In this document: piece after piece, positions 1 to 9,604 of the stretch | Position numbering within the stretch: the first letter of the stretch is position 1 | Layout: every line of letters starts with the position of its first letter | Assembly: GCA_016179945.1 (NCBI GenBank) | Contig: JACPCE010000001.1 | Span: 9,202 to 73,201 of the forward strand | Reading direction: 5' to 3' | Source: Candidatus Woesearchaeota archaeon | GTDB lineage: Archaea; Nanobdellota; Nanobdellia; SCGC-AAA011-G17; GW2011-AR18 | DNA: 64,000 nucleotides | Position numbers and translations under genes: made by a program | Notes under the pieces: model-generated | What the model was told of the DNA's origin: nothing | The model's database searches: none | Seen by the model: only the letters and a program-made list of their open reading frames with translations

Positions 1-2
1 TT

Positions 3-1133
3 AGAAGGTGTGGAAAATCTACTCTCATTTATATATTAAAAAAACATTTACAATTAAAAGAAAAGGAATGGTTATATCTAAATTTCAATGATGAAAGATT
101 ATCTCAGTTCTCAATAGAAGATTTCCAAAAAATTATAGATTATCTCAACGAAAAAGATTACGAAGAAAAATGCTTTTTATTTATTGATGAGATACAGGAA
201 GTCGGTAAATGGGAGAAATGGATAGACAGGATAAAAGAAAAATACCAAATCATTATAACAGGATCAAATTCCAAATTATTAAGCAAAGAAATTTCAACCA
301 TTTTGACTGGAAGATCAATAAATGTAAGTTTGTACCCTTTTAGTTTTATGGAATTTATAAATGCAAAAAATATCTTATTAAAAAACTGGGAAATAGATTT
401 AAAATTGCAAGCTAAAATAAGAAAAGAATTTTCTTTATTCATGTTATCTGGTGGGATACCAAAAAGAGTGACTGATAATGATGATAAAATATTACAGGAA
501 AATTATGAAAATATTCTTTATAGGGATATTATAAAAAGATTTAATGCAAATCTAGAAAAGACAATTAAAGAGATATCAGTATACATGCTATCAAATATAT
601 CTAAAGAACTGAGCTTAAGATCATTGTCAAAAACAGTTGAAGTAAAAAACCTATCAACATTAAAATCTATTTTAGATACATTTGAAAAAGCATTCGTAAT
701 ATTTTTTATAAACAAATTCGATTATTCAATAAGAAAACAAATAAAAAACCCAAAAAAAATATATTGCATTGATAATGGGTTTATTGCTCAAGGAGGTTTT
801 AGATTTTCAGATGATGATGGAAAGCTTTTGGAGAACTTGGTTTTTATAGAGCTAAAAAGAATTTACAATAACGAAATTTACTATTTTTCAGAAAAAAATG
901 AATGTGATTTTATTCTAAGAACTGGAAATAAAGTTATAAAAGCTATTCAGGTTTGCTATGATTTAAATAATGAAAATAAAGAAAGGGAAATAAATGGGTT
1001 GCTTGAAGCTATAAATAAATTTGGTTTGAACGAGGGTTTAATATTGACATTTGATAAAGAAGAAGAGATTAAAATAGGAAATAAAAAAATAAAAATTAAA
1101 CCTGCATGGAAATGGCTCTTATCTAATAATTAG
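3..1133 (+). CDS. AAA+ ATPase, AAA_14 + DUF4143-type (5' end outside window)
   Basis: Frame open from nt 3: RRCGKST (Walker A), FLFIDEIQ (Walker B), ITGSNS, KKIYCIDNG, LLENLV and ECDF motifs. Confidence 0.85.
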   Translation, partial: RRCGKSTLIYILKKHLQLKEKEWLYLNFNDERLSQFSIEDFQKIIDYLNEKDYEEKCFLFIDEIQEVGKWEKWIDRIKEKYQIIITGSNSKLLSKEISTILTGRSINVSLYPFSFMEFINAKNILLKNWEIDLKLQAKIRKEFSLFMLSGGIPKRVTDNDDKILQENYENILYRDIIKRFNANLEKTIKEISVYMLSNISKELSLRSLSKTVEVKNLSTLKSILDTFEKAFVIFFINKFDYSIRKQIKNPKKIYCIDNGFIAQGGFRFSDDDGKLLENLVFIELKRIYNNEIYYFSEKNECDFILRTGNKVIKAIQVCYDLNNENKEREINGLLEAINKFGLNEGLILTFDKEEEIKIGNKKIKIKPAWKWLLSNN

Positions 1134-3502
1134 AATTCAACTTTTAATTTTTTTTCATATTTAATGTTCTGTGCTTGTGTAACAGCAGCTAGGTCTTTTT
1201 CTACATTATTCAAAATTAAGTTATCAACAACCAATAATTTCACAGGCTCTTTTAAAGATTTAGAATTTCTGGATTTTTCCTGTCTTACAAAACCCACTAC
1301 GTTAACAAACTCATCTCCAATTTCAATAGATTTCTCATTCAATTTCAATTTCACTTCGGGCCATTCACTAATATGTATGCTTTCTGTATCCTCAGACTTC
1401 TTAAAAATATCTTGGTACAACTCCTCTGTAATATAAGGCATTATAGGGGCAAACAATTTCAAAATATTTAATAAACATATATGTAAAGTATACAATGCAC
1501 TTTCTTTTCCTTTGTTTGAAACTTCAGAATAAACCCTGTGTTTTACAAACTCTAGATAATTATCACAAAAGTCTTTCCAGAAAAATAATTCTATTGCTGA
1601 TTTAGCCTTGCTATATTCATAAGATTCAAAACCAACAGTGCAAGCCTTTATTGTTTTATCCAATCTATAAAGTATCCACTGATCTAAAATTTCTAGATCA
1701 GCTTTTCTTAATTTATAATTCTCAAAATGCTTTTTAACAAAACTAGCAGCATTCCATAATTTTGTTATTGTCTTATATCCTGTAGCTAAATCCTTCTCTA
1801 AATATCTTAAATCATCTCCTAATTTAGAGCCAGCAGCCCAAAATCTTAATGCATCAGCTGGATATTTACTTAATACTTGAGCAGGTTCAACTACATTGCC
1901 CTTAGACTTATGCATTGCTTGTCCTTTAGGATCAAGAACATGGCCAGAAATAACTATGTCTTTCCAAGGAATTTCATTATGATGATAAATACTTTTAACT
2001 ATTGTATAAAAAGCCCAGGTTCGAATTATATCATGAGCCTGAGCTCTCAAACTACAAGGAAAAATTTTCTCAAAATCAAAATCATAAAAATTATCTCCAG
2101 TCCAATTTAATATTATTTGAGGAGTAACACTAGAAGTATTCCAAGTATCCATAACATCTTGTTCACCATCAAAATTATTAGAACCGCATTTGCATTTTTT
2201 CTTAGGCTTATCAACTAAAGGATCAACAGGTAGGTCTTTTTCATCTGCAACAACAAAGTTCCCGCATTTTTTACAATTCCAAACAGGAAATGGAACTCCA
2301 AAATGTCTCTGCCTTGATATACACCAGTCCCATTGTAATCCTTCAATCCAATGTTCATACCTAATCTTCATAAATTCAGGATACCATTTTATTTTATTGC
2401 CTGCTTCTAAAAACCTTTTCTTATTATCTAAAATTTTAATAAACCATTGTCTCGTACTCAAAAACTCTATCTCAGTACCGCACCTTTCATGAACATTAAC
2501 AACTTGTTTCAGTGGTTCTTGTTTGACTAAAGCTCCGGCACTTTTCCAGTCTTCCAAAACAGCATCTCTGGCCTCTTTAACAGTCATGCCTTTGTATTTG
2601 CCTGCTTTTTCATTTAATGTCCCGTCTTTATTCATAATATGTATTACTTTTAACTCTGGATGTTTTCTTACAAATTGTAAATCATGAATATCCCCATAAG
2701 GACACCAATAAACTGCTCCAGTTCCAAATTCCATTTTGGAAAAATCATCAGCAATTACAGGAACTTTAATATTACTAACAGGAATTATCGCCTTCTTTCC
2801 TACTAAACTTTTATACCTTTCATCATCAGGATGAACAGAAATAGCAATACAAGCCATCATAAGTTCAGGTCTTGTTGTAGCAAATATTACATTTCCCCCA
2901 CCCTCAACTTCAGTTTTAATATAATTAAGTTTAGATTCTCTTTCTTTGTCTTCTAAATCAGCTTGCGCAATTGCAGTTTGGCATTGAACACACCACATTG
3001 TAACGCCTTCACTATTATAAGTTAAACCCTTATTAAACAAATCAATAAAAGATTTTTGTGATGTTCTTATACAATGTTCATCTATTGTTGAATAAATATC
3101 AGAAAAATCACAGCTCATACCTATTATTTTCCAATCATTAACAAAATCATTTTTAATTTCTTTGATTGTTTTATCACAAAGCACTACAAATTCCTGTCTT
3201 GGCATTTTAACAGATCTAACATTTTTTAGCTTTTCAACAAGTTTCTCTGTAGGCAAACCATTGTCATCAGTTCCAAAAGGATAAAACACATTTTCTCCTT
3301 TCATTCTATGATATCTAGCAATAAAATCTTGTTGAGAATAACTAAATGCATGTCCTATATGCATCTTCCCGGAAACTGTAGGTGGTGGTGTATCAATAAT
3401 GTAATTTTTCGCTTTAGATTTTTTATTATAAATATAAATGCCCTTTCTATCCCAAAATTCTCTCCATTTCTTTTCCGCATCTTTAAAATTATAAACGTTC
3501 AT
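1130..3502 (-). CDS. valS: Valine--tRNA ligase (archaeal type)
   Basis: IDTPPPTVSGKMHIGH, GTDDNGLPTE, DWCISRQR, AHDIIRTW; KMSKS variant AMHKS; SD-like AAGGAG upstream. Confidence 0.97.
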   Translation of the reverse strand: MNVYNFKDAEKKWREFWDRKGIYIYNKKSKAKNYIIDTPPPTVSGKMHIGHAFSYSQQDFIARYHRMKGENVFYPFGTDDNGLPTEKLVEKLKNVRSVKMPRQEFVVLCDKTIKEIKNDFVNDWKIIGMSCDFSDIYSTIDEHCIRTSQKSFIDLFNKGLTYNSEGVTMWCVQCQTAIAQADLEDKERESKLNYIKTEVEGGGNVIFATTRPELMMACIAISVHPDDERYKSLVGKKAIIPVSNIKVPVIADDFSKMEFGTGAVYWCPYGDIHDLQFVRKHPELKVIHIMNKDGTLNEKAGKYKGMTVKEARDAVLEDWKSAGALVKQEPLKQVVNVHERCGTEIEFLSTRQWFIKILDNKKRFLEAGNKIKWYPEFMKIRYEHWIEGLQWDWCISRQRHFGVPFPVWNCKKCGNFVVADEKDLPVDPLVDKPKKKCKCGSNNFDGEQDVMDTWNTSSVTPQIILNWTGDNFYDFDFEKIFPCSLRAQAHDIIRTWAFYTIVKSIYHHNEIPWKDIVISGHVLDPKGQAMHKSKGNVVEPAQVLSKYPADALRFWAAGSKLGDDLRYLEKDLATGYKTITKLWNAASFVKKHFENYKLRKADLEILDQWILYRLDKTIKACTVGFESYEYSKAKSAIELFFWKDFCDNYLEFVKHRVYSEVSNKGKESALYTLHICLLNILKLFAPIMPYITEELYQDIFKKSEDTESIHISEWPEVKLKLNEKSIEIGDEFVNVVGFVRQEKSRNSKSLKEPVKLLVVDNLILNNVEKDLAAVTQAQNIKYEKKLKVEF

Positions 3503-3573
3503 AGTTTACTCCTTCAATTTATTTATTAAAAACTTTGTGTTTATTAAAATTAACAATGTATTGCCTAAAAGGC

Positions 3574-3645
3574 TTAAACCACTACAACAAATGAAAAAAT
3601 ATTTACAAGAAATTGCTTATTAATAACAAAAAAACAATTTGTCAT
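3574..3645 (-). CDS. Putative valS leader peptide, 23 aa MTNCFFVINKQFLVNIFSFVVVV
   Basis: Read manually: ATG at 3645, TAA at 3574-3576; ends GTT GTA GTG GTT; TATA-like TTTAATATAA about 20-30 nt upstream of the ATG; 71 nt before valS. Confidence 0.75.
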   Translation of the reverse strand: MTNCFFVINKQFLVNIFSFVVVV

Positions 3646-3738
3646 AAAAATTAGAGAGTAAGATTATATTAAAGGCTTTCTATCAAACCAAACTATACAA
3701 AAAGTTTAAGAATATTGGTTTGATTCAAAATTAAATAA

Positions 3739-3850
3739 GGGGACGTAGCTCAATCTGTGGATAACACCGATTAAGGAGAGTACACAACTTATAAGTTGGC
3801 TTATACCGCTGAAGCCGGTGTTGTTATGGGTTCAAATCCCATCGTCCCCA
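3739..3850 (+). tRNA. tRNA-Phe(GAA) with two non-canonical introns (3758-3774 at 18/19; 3784-3804 at 27/28)
   Basis: Acceptor GGGGACG/CGTCCCC, T-arm ATGGG-TTCAAAT-CCCAT; after splicing the anticodon arm is CACCG-CTGAAGC-CGGTG; BHB central helices AATC/GATT and GAGT/GCTT. Confidence 0.9.
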
Positions 3851-3894
3851 TATTCATCAAAACATTTAAATATAATACATAACAATTAAAACCC

Positions 3895-4410
3895 ATGCAA
3901 TCAAAAAAGGGTGCTATTGAGCTTTCTATAACAACAATAATAGTTGTTGTTATTGGTGTTACCCTCTTAATATTTGGCTTGGTCTTCGTAAGAGGTGTAT
4001 TTGAAAAAGTTACTACATTAACAGAAGATGCATTCAGAGCTGCAGAAAAAGAAGTTCAGCAAAGAATGGGTGCCAGTGATAAAATCTATGTATCTGGTGT
4101 TAATTTTGAAGTAGAATCTGGTAAATCAACAGTATTTACTGTGGGTGTACAAAACTTTGGAGAAGAAACAACAGTATCAAAATTTAAAATAGACATAGTT
4201 CCTGGAGATACTAAAATAAAGAAAGACGAATGGTTCACATTGCCACCAGAAGATAATCTAAAACCTGGAGACAAAAAAGGTTTTCCAGTTAAAGTTACAC
4301 TGCCTAAAGGTGCACCGCCAGGAAAAAGTTACACATTTACAATAAGAGTATTCAAAAACAATGAAGAATATGCCTCTCAAGCAATAATTGTTTCTGTAAA
4401 AGAAAGTTAA
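3895..4410 (+). CDS. Class III signal peptide (pilin/archaellin-like) secreted protein
   Basis: N-terminus MQSKKG|AIELSITTIIVVVIG followed by a hydrophobic helix and a beta-rich domain. Confidence 0.75.
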   Translation: MQSKKGAIELSITTIIVVVIGVTLLIFGLVFVRGVFEKVTTLTEDAFRAAEKEVQQRMGASDKIYVSGVNFEVESGKSTVFTVGVQNFGEETTVSKFKIDIVPGDTKIKKDEWFTLPPEDNLKPGDKKGFPVKVTLPKGAPPGKSYTFTIRVFKNNEEYASQAIIVSVKES

Positions 4411-4474
4411 AATAAACCCTTCAACTAGTTTGTAAATTATTTATTTGTATGATATTAAAAATGAAGAAAAAAAA

Positions 4475-4690
4475 TTAAACAGATTCTATTGAGCTTAGAT
4501 CTTCATCTACACCTTCAAGATCGTTGTCATTCAAGTCTGTATTCTCTTGGTCTATATTTTTAATATCATTATCTATTGGTGTGGTTACCTGTCCTGATGT
4601 TTGCTCAGCAACTTTCCTTTGCTGAGTGCAGGAAGTTAAAAAAACCAAAAATAATGAAAATAAAAACAAAAAAGTTAGTGCTTTTTTCAT
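4475..4690 (-). CDS. Small putative lipoprotein with acidic tail
   Basis: Signal peptide ending LTSC; D/E-rich C-terminus; downstream of 4732-5778 on the same strand. Confidence 0.6.
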   Translation of the reverse strand: MKKALTFLFLFSLFLVFLTSCTQQRKVAEQTSGQVTTPIDNDIKNIDQENTDLNDNDLEGVDEDLSSIESV

Positions 4691-4731
4691 ATTAACTCCA
4701 TGTTCTATTCCTATATTAAGCTTACGCTCAT

Positions 4732-5778
4732 TTATGAAGCACTTGCATTAGCACTAACTTCTACTTCAGTCTCTGCTTCATTCTCAGACAAGTCTTCTAA
4801 TTCACTCTCAGCTTCAGCACCAGCTTTGATCTTAATAGAAAATACTATCTTCTTAAGATCTTCATGTGCTAGTTTAAGTTCCTTATGAGCCTCAACCAAT
4901 AGTTTATGCCCTTCCTTAACTATCGCACTTGTATTGCCTTCAGCCTCAAATTTAACTCTTGCTTGTTCTACAAAATTCTTCGCATTGGCTATATGCATTC
5001 TGAAGCTTTCAAATTGTGGTTCTACACTTGAAACATCATAACCTTTTTGTTCTAATCTATCAAGTGTTTTTTCTAGTTTCTTTTCAAGGGATTCAGCTCT
5101 TTGAGTCGCAAATGAAAACTTATGAGACATTACAGTTCCTCTAGATTCCTCAAGATGTTCTTTAACGTCCTTCCACTCAGCTCTCAACTTTTTAGCTAAT
5201 TCCTTGACTTCTTCCTTTGTTGTTGCATTCTCTACTTCAACTTTATATTTAGCTAAAATCTCAAGTTTTGCGTTTACTGCTTCAAGCTTAGTTTCCAAGC
5301 TAGCTTTATTATCAGTCTGTGCCATTACTTCTTCAATCTTAGCCTTTCTTTTCTCCAAGACACGCTCCATTGTATTTATTGTTTTTAATAAATAACTCTT
5401 CGCATCTTCTTTCAAAAAGTTGTCCTTCCTTTTATTACACTCTTCGCTTGAATTATTATTACAAGCTTCTTTTACTTCTTTATGCTTTGCTCTAAAATCA
5501 ACTTTTGCTTTCACATAAGCTTCTTTTGATAGCATAAACTTTTCCTTTGTCTCTAGGAACTTAGTTCTTAATTCTACATGCTTTTTCATTGCAAGCTCTC
5601 TGTCCATCTTTACACTAACATTAGCTTTAACAATAGAACTAACTTCTTTGCCAAACTCGCTTAGTCCTTTCATTCTGTCTTGTTTCTCAGCCTTAACATC
5701 AGTATCTTCACTAGCTAATACAGGAAAGATACTAACTATAAATAAAGCCAAAACAACCAATGTCATTATTTTTTTCAT
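4732..5778 (-). CDS. Secreted long coiled-coil protein
   Basis: Sec signal peptide, K/E-rich helical heptads, strong SD GGAGGT upstream. Confidence 0.7.
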   Translation of the reverse strand: MKKIMTLVVLALFIVSIFPVLASEDTDVKAEKQDRMKGLSEFGKEVSSIVKANVSVKMDRELAMKKHVELRTKFLETKEKFMLSKEAYVKAKVDFRAKHKEVKEACNNNSSEECNKRKDNFLKEDAKSYLLKTINTMERVLEKRKAKIEEVMAQTDNKASLETKLEAVNAKLEILAKYKVEVENATTKEEVKELAKKLRAEWKDVKEHLEESRGTVMSHKFSFATQRAESLEKKLEKTLDRLEQKGYDVSSVEPQFESFRMHIANAKNFVEQARVKFEAEGNTSAIVKEGHKLLVEAHKELKLAHEDLKKIVFSIKIKAGAEAESELEDLSENEAETEVEVSANASAS

Positions 5779-5868
5779 TTTTTAACCTCCATTGTTAATT
5801 CAAATTTTTATTATGTTAAGATATAATACCTAACCTTCTTTATAAACATGCTTTCAAAATACTTAAAT

Positions 5869-5908
5869 TAAAGCTTTATGAGAACAATTAAAACTTTACA
5901 AAGCTTTA
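5869..5908. promoter_or_regulatory. Three phased copies of TAAAGCTTTA-like palindrome in divergent promoter region
   Basis: TAAAGCTTTA 5869-5878, TAAAACTTTA 5889-5898, CAAAGCTTTA 5899-5908. Confidence 0.45.
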
Positions 5909-5969
5909 TTTTCCCTTTTTTTATTATTTAGAAAGATATTTAAGTCATTTTAGTTATAAAAAGATAAAA

Positions 5970-6641
5970 ATGAAGAAAACAATATTAATTTTGATTTTTA
6001 GTCTGTTTCTAGTACAAATAGTATCGGCAGCAACAATAAGCGGAACAGTCTATGATTTTTCATTAAAGAAAATAAATAATGTAATAATTGAAATTAATAC
6101 CCAGCCAATGCAAAGACAAATAGTAAAAGAAGGCTCTTATTCATTTGAAGTTCAAAAAGGTTCATATGCAATAGTCGCTAAAACAGCAGATAATATAATA
6201 ATTGCGAAGGAAAACATAATTGTAAGTGAAGAAGGTAAATATAATTTAGATCTAATTGGTTTTATTGACATAAGTGAAGAAGAAGAATTAGCAAACGATA
6301 CTAATATAGATATTAATGGTGACATTGATGTTGTAGAGCCAAATAATAATTATTGGTTAATAATATCTATTGTATTAATAATGGTTTTAATATTTGGCTT
6401 ATTTTACTATAAAAAAAGGAAAAAAGCTCCTGAAGTAAGTGAAGAAATAACTGATGATCTCACAGAAAAAATTCTAGATATAATGAAAAAAGAACAAGGA
6501 AGAATAACACAAAAAGAGCTTAGGAAAAAACTCCCTTATTCTGAAGCAAAAATAAGTTTAGTTCTTACTGAATTAGAAGCAATACAAAAGATAGAGAAAA
6601 TAAAAAAGGGTAGAAGTAATGTTATTATAATTAAAAAATAA
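5970..6641 (+). CDS. Membrane-anchored winged-HTH regulator with extracellular beta-sandwich domain
   Basis: Signal peptide, ATISGTVYD domain, TM helix, C-terminal GRITQKELRKKLPYSEAKISLVLTELE wHTH. Confidence 0.75.
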   Translation: MKKTILILIFSLFLVQIVSAATISGTVYDFSLKKINNVIIEINTQPMQRQIVKEGSYSFEVQKGSYAIVAKTADNIIIAKENIIVSEEGKYNLDLIGFIDISEEEELANDTNIDINGDIDVVEPNNNYWLIISIVLIMVLIFGLFYYKKRKKAPEVSEEITDDLTEKILDIMKKEQGRITQKELRKKLPYSEAKISLVLTELEAIQKIEKIKKGRSNVIIIKK

Positions 6642-6656
6642 TTATTGAATAAAAAC

Positions 6657-7214
6657 TTATGCAGCATTAGCCATACTGCTATAGGAAGAATAAGTATCAA
6701 TATTGCTCTTAGCGCTATTCAAATAATTAACTGCACTAACCAAATAGCCACAGACAGCATCCTTGCCCAATGAAGGCACAGGAAATCCTCTTTTTAATTT
6801 TTCTTCACCCCACATCTCAACTTGCAATATTTTTAAAATATCATAAACCTTATCATCATTTGCTTGAATATTTTTAGACCAAGCAATTATCATGTCTCTT
6901 AGCTGATCAGAATTTTTTATGCTATTTAAAGTATTTATTGTATTGTTCATTCTTTCATCAGCAAAAACAACACCGTTTCTTATTCCAGACCTCATATGAA
7001 TAAGTCTATTCTTAACTTCTTCATAATACAAAGGTTCATGCCTTCTGGCAGGCTGAAAATCTCTCATTGCCTCTAAAAATTTTCCTATATTCTCAGAAGC
7101 CAATTTTAAATTGTCTTTAGTAGATTTCAAATAACCATTAAGCTCTTCATCTGAAATCCTATTGCTGGAACTCATAAACCTGCTCTTTATAGTATCTAAA
7201 AATCCCATAACCAT
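6657..7214 (-). CDS. Hypothetical protein
   Basis: Long ORF; likely ATG at 7214 or 7208 (MGFLDTIKSRF); no recognisable motif. Confidence 0.55.
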   Translation of the reverse strand: MVMGFLDTIKSRFMSSSNRISDEELNGYLKSTKDNLKLASENIGKFLEAMRDFQPARRHEPLYYEEVKNRLIHMRSGIRNGVVFADERMNNTINTLNSIKNSDQLRDMIIAWSKNIQANDDKVYDILKILQVEMWGEEKLKRGFPVPSLGKDAVCGYLVSAVNYLNSAKSNIDTYSSYSSMANAA

Positions 7215-7360
7215 AGATACAGTTCTCTTGTTTAAATAAATTTCTCTACACAAAAATTAATTATACAAGATATAGAAAGCCTTTTAAATAATCCAAAATC
7301 ACCAATCTAAGAAAATCTAAAGGATTAACAAATCCACTTAACTCCGCGAGGAGCAAAAAT

Positions 7361-7786
7361 ATGGTAACTATATACGACGCAGATATACAAAAATCTATAG
7401 AAAAACTTAGCGATAGTTTAAAATCTCTTGTTAAAGCACCTGAATGGACAAAATTTGTTAAAACAGGGCAAAGCAAAGCAAGGCCTCCTGTTGATTCAGA
7501 CTGGTTCTACAAAAGAGCAGCTGCTATTTTAATCACAATATACAAAAGAGGGCCAATAGGTGTATCTAAACTAAGAGTTAAATATGGATCAAAGAAAAGA
7601 AGAGGACATAATCCAGAAAAATTTTACATAGCATCTGGTAAAATAATCAGAAATATACTTCAACAATTAGATAAGGCAAATCTTACATTGTATAAAAAAG
7701 AAGGGATAATAAAAGGCAGAATAATAACTGCTAAAGGAAAATCTCTAGTAAATAAAAACGCTGTAATAATGAAAAATGAGCAGTGA
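7361..7786 (+). CDS. rps19e: 30S ribosomal protein S19e (eS19)
   Basis: PEWTKFVKTG, DWFYKRAA, GPIGVSKLRVKYG, SGKIIRNILQQL. Confidence 0.96.
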   Translation: MVTIYDADIQKSIEKLSDSLKSLVKAPEWTKFVKTGQSKARPPVDSDWFYKRAAAILITIYKRGPIGVSKLRVKYGSKKRRGHNPEKFYIASGKIIRNILQQLDKANLTLYKKEGIIKGRIITAKGKSLVNKNAVIMKNEQ

Positions 7787-8042
7787 GGATGAAGCAAGAA
7801 AAATTCAGGAAAAAATACTAGAGATTGAAACAATGGCAAAAAAATTCATGACACAAGAAGCAATATCACGCTATGGCACACTAAAAAGTGCACACATACA
7901 AAAAGCACTTCAGGCAATAGCATTAATTGCACAGCTCGCATCGCAAAATCAGATAAAAGAAAAAATAACAGATGAGCAGTTTAAGCAATTGCTTATGAGA
8001 TTAGAACCAGAGAAAAAAGAAACAAGGATAATAAGGAAATAA
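7776..8042 (+). CDS. PDCD5/TFAR19 family dsDNA-binding protein
   Basis: MTQEAISR...[10 protein letters not shown] pattern; conserved position after rps19e. Confidence 0.85.
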   Translation: MSSEDEARKIQEKILEIETMAKKFMTQEAISRYGTLKSAHIQKALQAIALIAQLASQNQIKEKITDEQFKQLLMRLEPEKKETRIIRK

Positions 8043-8043
8043 A

Positions 8044-8217
8044 ATGAGCCGTTATAAACCAAAAGCGAAAAAATTACGTTTGGCAAAGAAAGGAAAACAA
8101 ACTAGATGGGCTCCTCTTTGGTTAGTTCCAAAACTAAATAAAGGCCTTAGAAAAATTCATCCATCAAGATATACTACGAAGAAAAGAAGCTGGAGAAAAA
8201 CTAAAACTAAAGCATAA
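8044..8217 (+). CDS. rpl39e: 50S ribosomal protein L39e (missing from ORF track)
   Basis: 57 aa [26 protein letters not shown]...[11 protein letters not shown]; stop overlaps the rpl31e start (TAATG). Confidence 0.93.
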   Translation: MSRYKPKAKKLRLAKKGKQTRWAPLWLVPKLNKGLRKIHPSRYTTKKRSWRKTKTKA

Positions 8218-8753
8218 TGGCAGAGGAAAAGATATTCACAATTGGTTTAAGAAAAGAATTTTTAAAGAAACCAAAATATAGAAGGGCTAAAAAAGCAGTT
8301 ACTGCTGTAAAGGAGTTTATTATACAACACTTAAAAGTAAAAGAAGTTAAAATAGGTCCGAACTTAAATTCAAAAATCTGGGAACGTGGAAAAAGAAATC
8401 CCCCTTCAAAAATAAAAGTTAAAGGTTTGGTAGAAGAAGGTATAGCCTATGTAGAGCTTCCTGAATTTGAATTTAAGCCAAAACCTAAAGAAGAAAAGAA
8501 GCTTGAAAAAACATCTAAAAAAGAGTCAGTTGAAGTAGCAAAAGAAGAGCAAAAGAAAGAACAGGAAAAAGAATCAATAAAAGAATTAGCACATGAAGAA
8601 AAAGTAAAAGAGAAGAAAGAACACCATCATGAACCTATAGAGGTTCCGCATGCTGAAATTAAGCAGCCTGAAAAAGACATAGAAAATAAATCTAAGAAAG
8701 GAAGAGTTGTTGGAAGTACAGGTAAAAAAGGCGCAAAACAAGCCAAGCCTTAA
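8217..8753 (+). CDS. rpl31e: 50S ribosomal protein L31e with long charged C-terminal extension
   Basis: RRAKKAV, LNSKIWERG..NPPSKIKV; about 90 aa K/E-rich tail. Confidence 0.93.
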   Translation: MAEEKIFTIGLRKEFLKKPKYRRAKKAVTAVKEFIIQHLKVKEVKIGPNLNSKIWERGKRNPPSKIKVKGLVEEGIAYVELPEFEFKPKPKEEKKLEKTSKKESVEVAKEEQKKEQEKESIKELAHEEKVKEKKEHHHEPIEVPHAEIKQPEKDIENKSKKGRVVGSTGKKGAKQAKP

Positions 8754-8755
8754 AT

Positions 8756-9511
8756 TTATTTAACAGCTATATGCTGAACAAAGTCAAAATGTTCCGGTTT
8801 TTCTTTATTAAAATCATAATAAGTTTCAACTTTCTTAAAACCAACAGCCTTCAATAAAGAGAACATTTCTTCAGCCCTAAATGGATATAATTTAAGCCTG
8901 TAACTTTCATTCTTTTTATGATGCTTCCATTCCATAACAACATAATTATTATTAATTTCTATAGGATAACCAGAAACTAATTCCCCGCAATAATAATATT
9001 TTCTACTATACTTAAAATTAATTAAAGCTTCTTTTTTATTATTAAGCATGTAATCATAATTTCTATGGTCAATTATGAGAATGCCGCCTTTTCTTAAAAG
9101 AAAATACATTTCTTTAAGAGCTGTAATTTGGTCTTCTTTCTTGAGCATATAAGTAAAAGAATTGCCCAAACATATTAAAGCATCAAATTGAATATTATAG
9201 CACTTTGATAATTCTCTCCAATCACAATTTTTAATATTCAAAATAACATTATTTTTATTTGCATTAATTAAAGCTAAATTTTTAAAATCATTATCTATTT
9301 CATTACTATAGACTTGAAATTTATTTTTAATTAAATTTATAGATTCATAGCCGCCACCTAAAGCAGTATCTAAAATAACCTTACAGCCATTTTCTTTTAG
9401 TTTGTTAGTAAAGAAACTTTCCTCTCCTTTCTTTCTTTTTTCCCAATCTACAAAGTCTGTCCAAAGACCAACCATTCCTTTGGGTGTTAAATATGATTGT
9501 GTTTTTACCAT
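8756..9511 (-). CDS. SAM-dependent methyltransferase, glycine/sarcosine N-methyltransferase-like
   Basis: VDWEKR, ILDTALGGG, DWREL, FDALICLGNSFT, DHRNYD, YYYCG motifs typical of GSMT; likely ATG 9511. Confidence 0.75.
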   Translation of the reverse strand: MVKTQSYLTPKGMVGLWTDFVDWEKRKKGEESFFTNKLKENGCKVILDTALGGGYESINLIKNKFQVYSNEIDNDFKNLALINANKNNVILNIKNCDWRELSKCYNIQFDALICLGNSFTYMLKKEDQITALKEMYFLLRKGGILIIDHRNYDYMLNNKKEALINFKYSRKYYYCGELVSGYPIEINNNYVVMEWKHHKKNESYRLKLYPFRAEEMFSLLKAVGFKKVETYYDFNKEKPEHFDFVQHIAVK

Positions 9512-9604
9512 AAACAACAAGAATTTATTAATATATATTAAGTGTTTTATATAAAAACTAGACAAAAAGATAATATTTATATATAATAAGTACATTTTGT
9601 CTAT

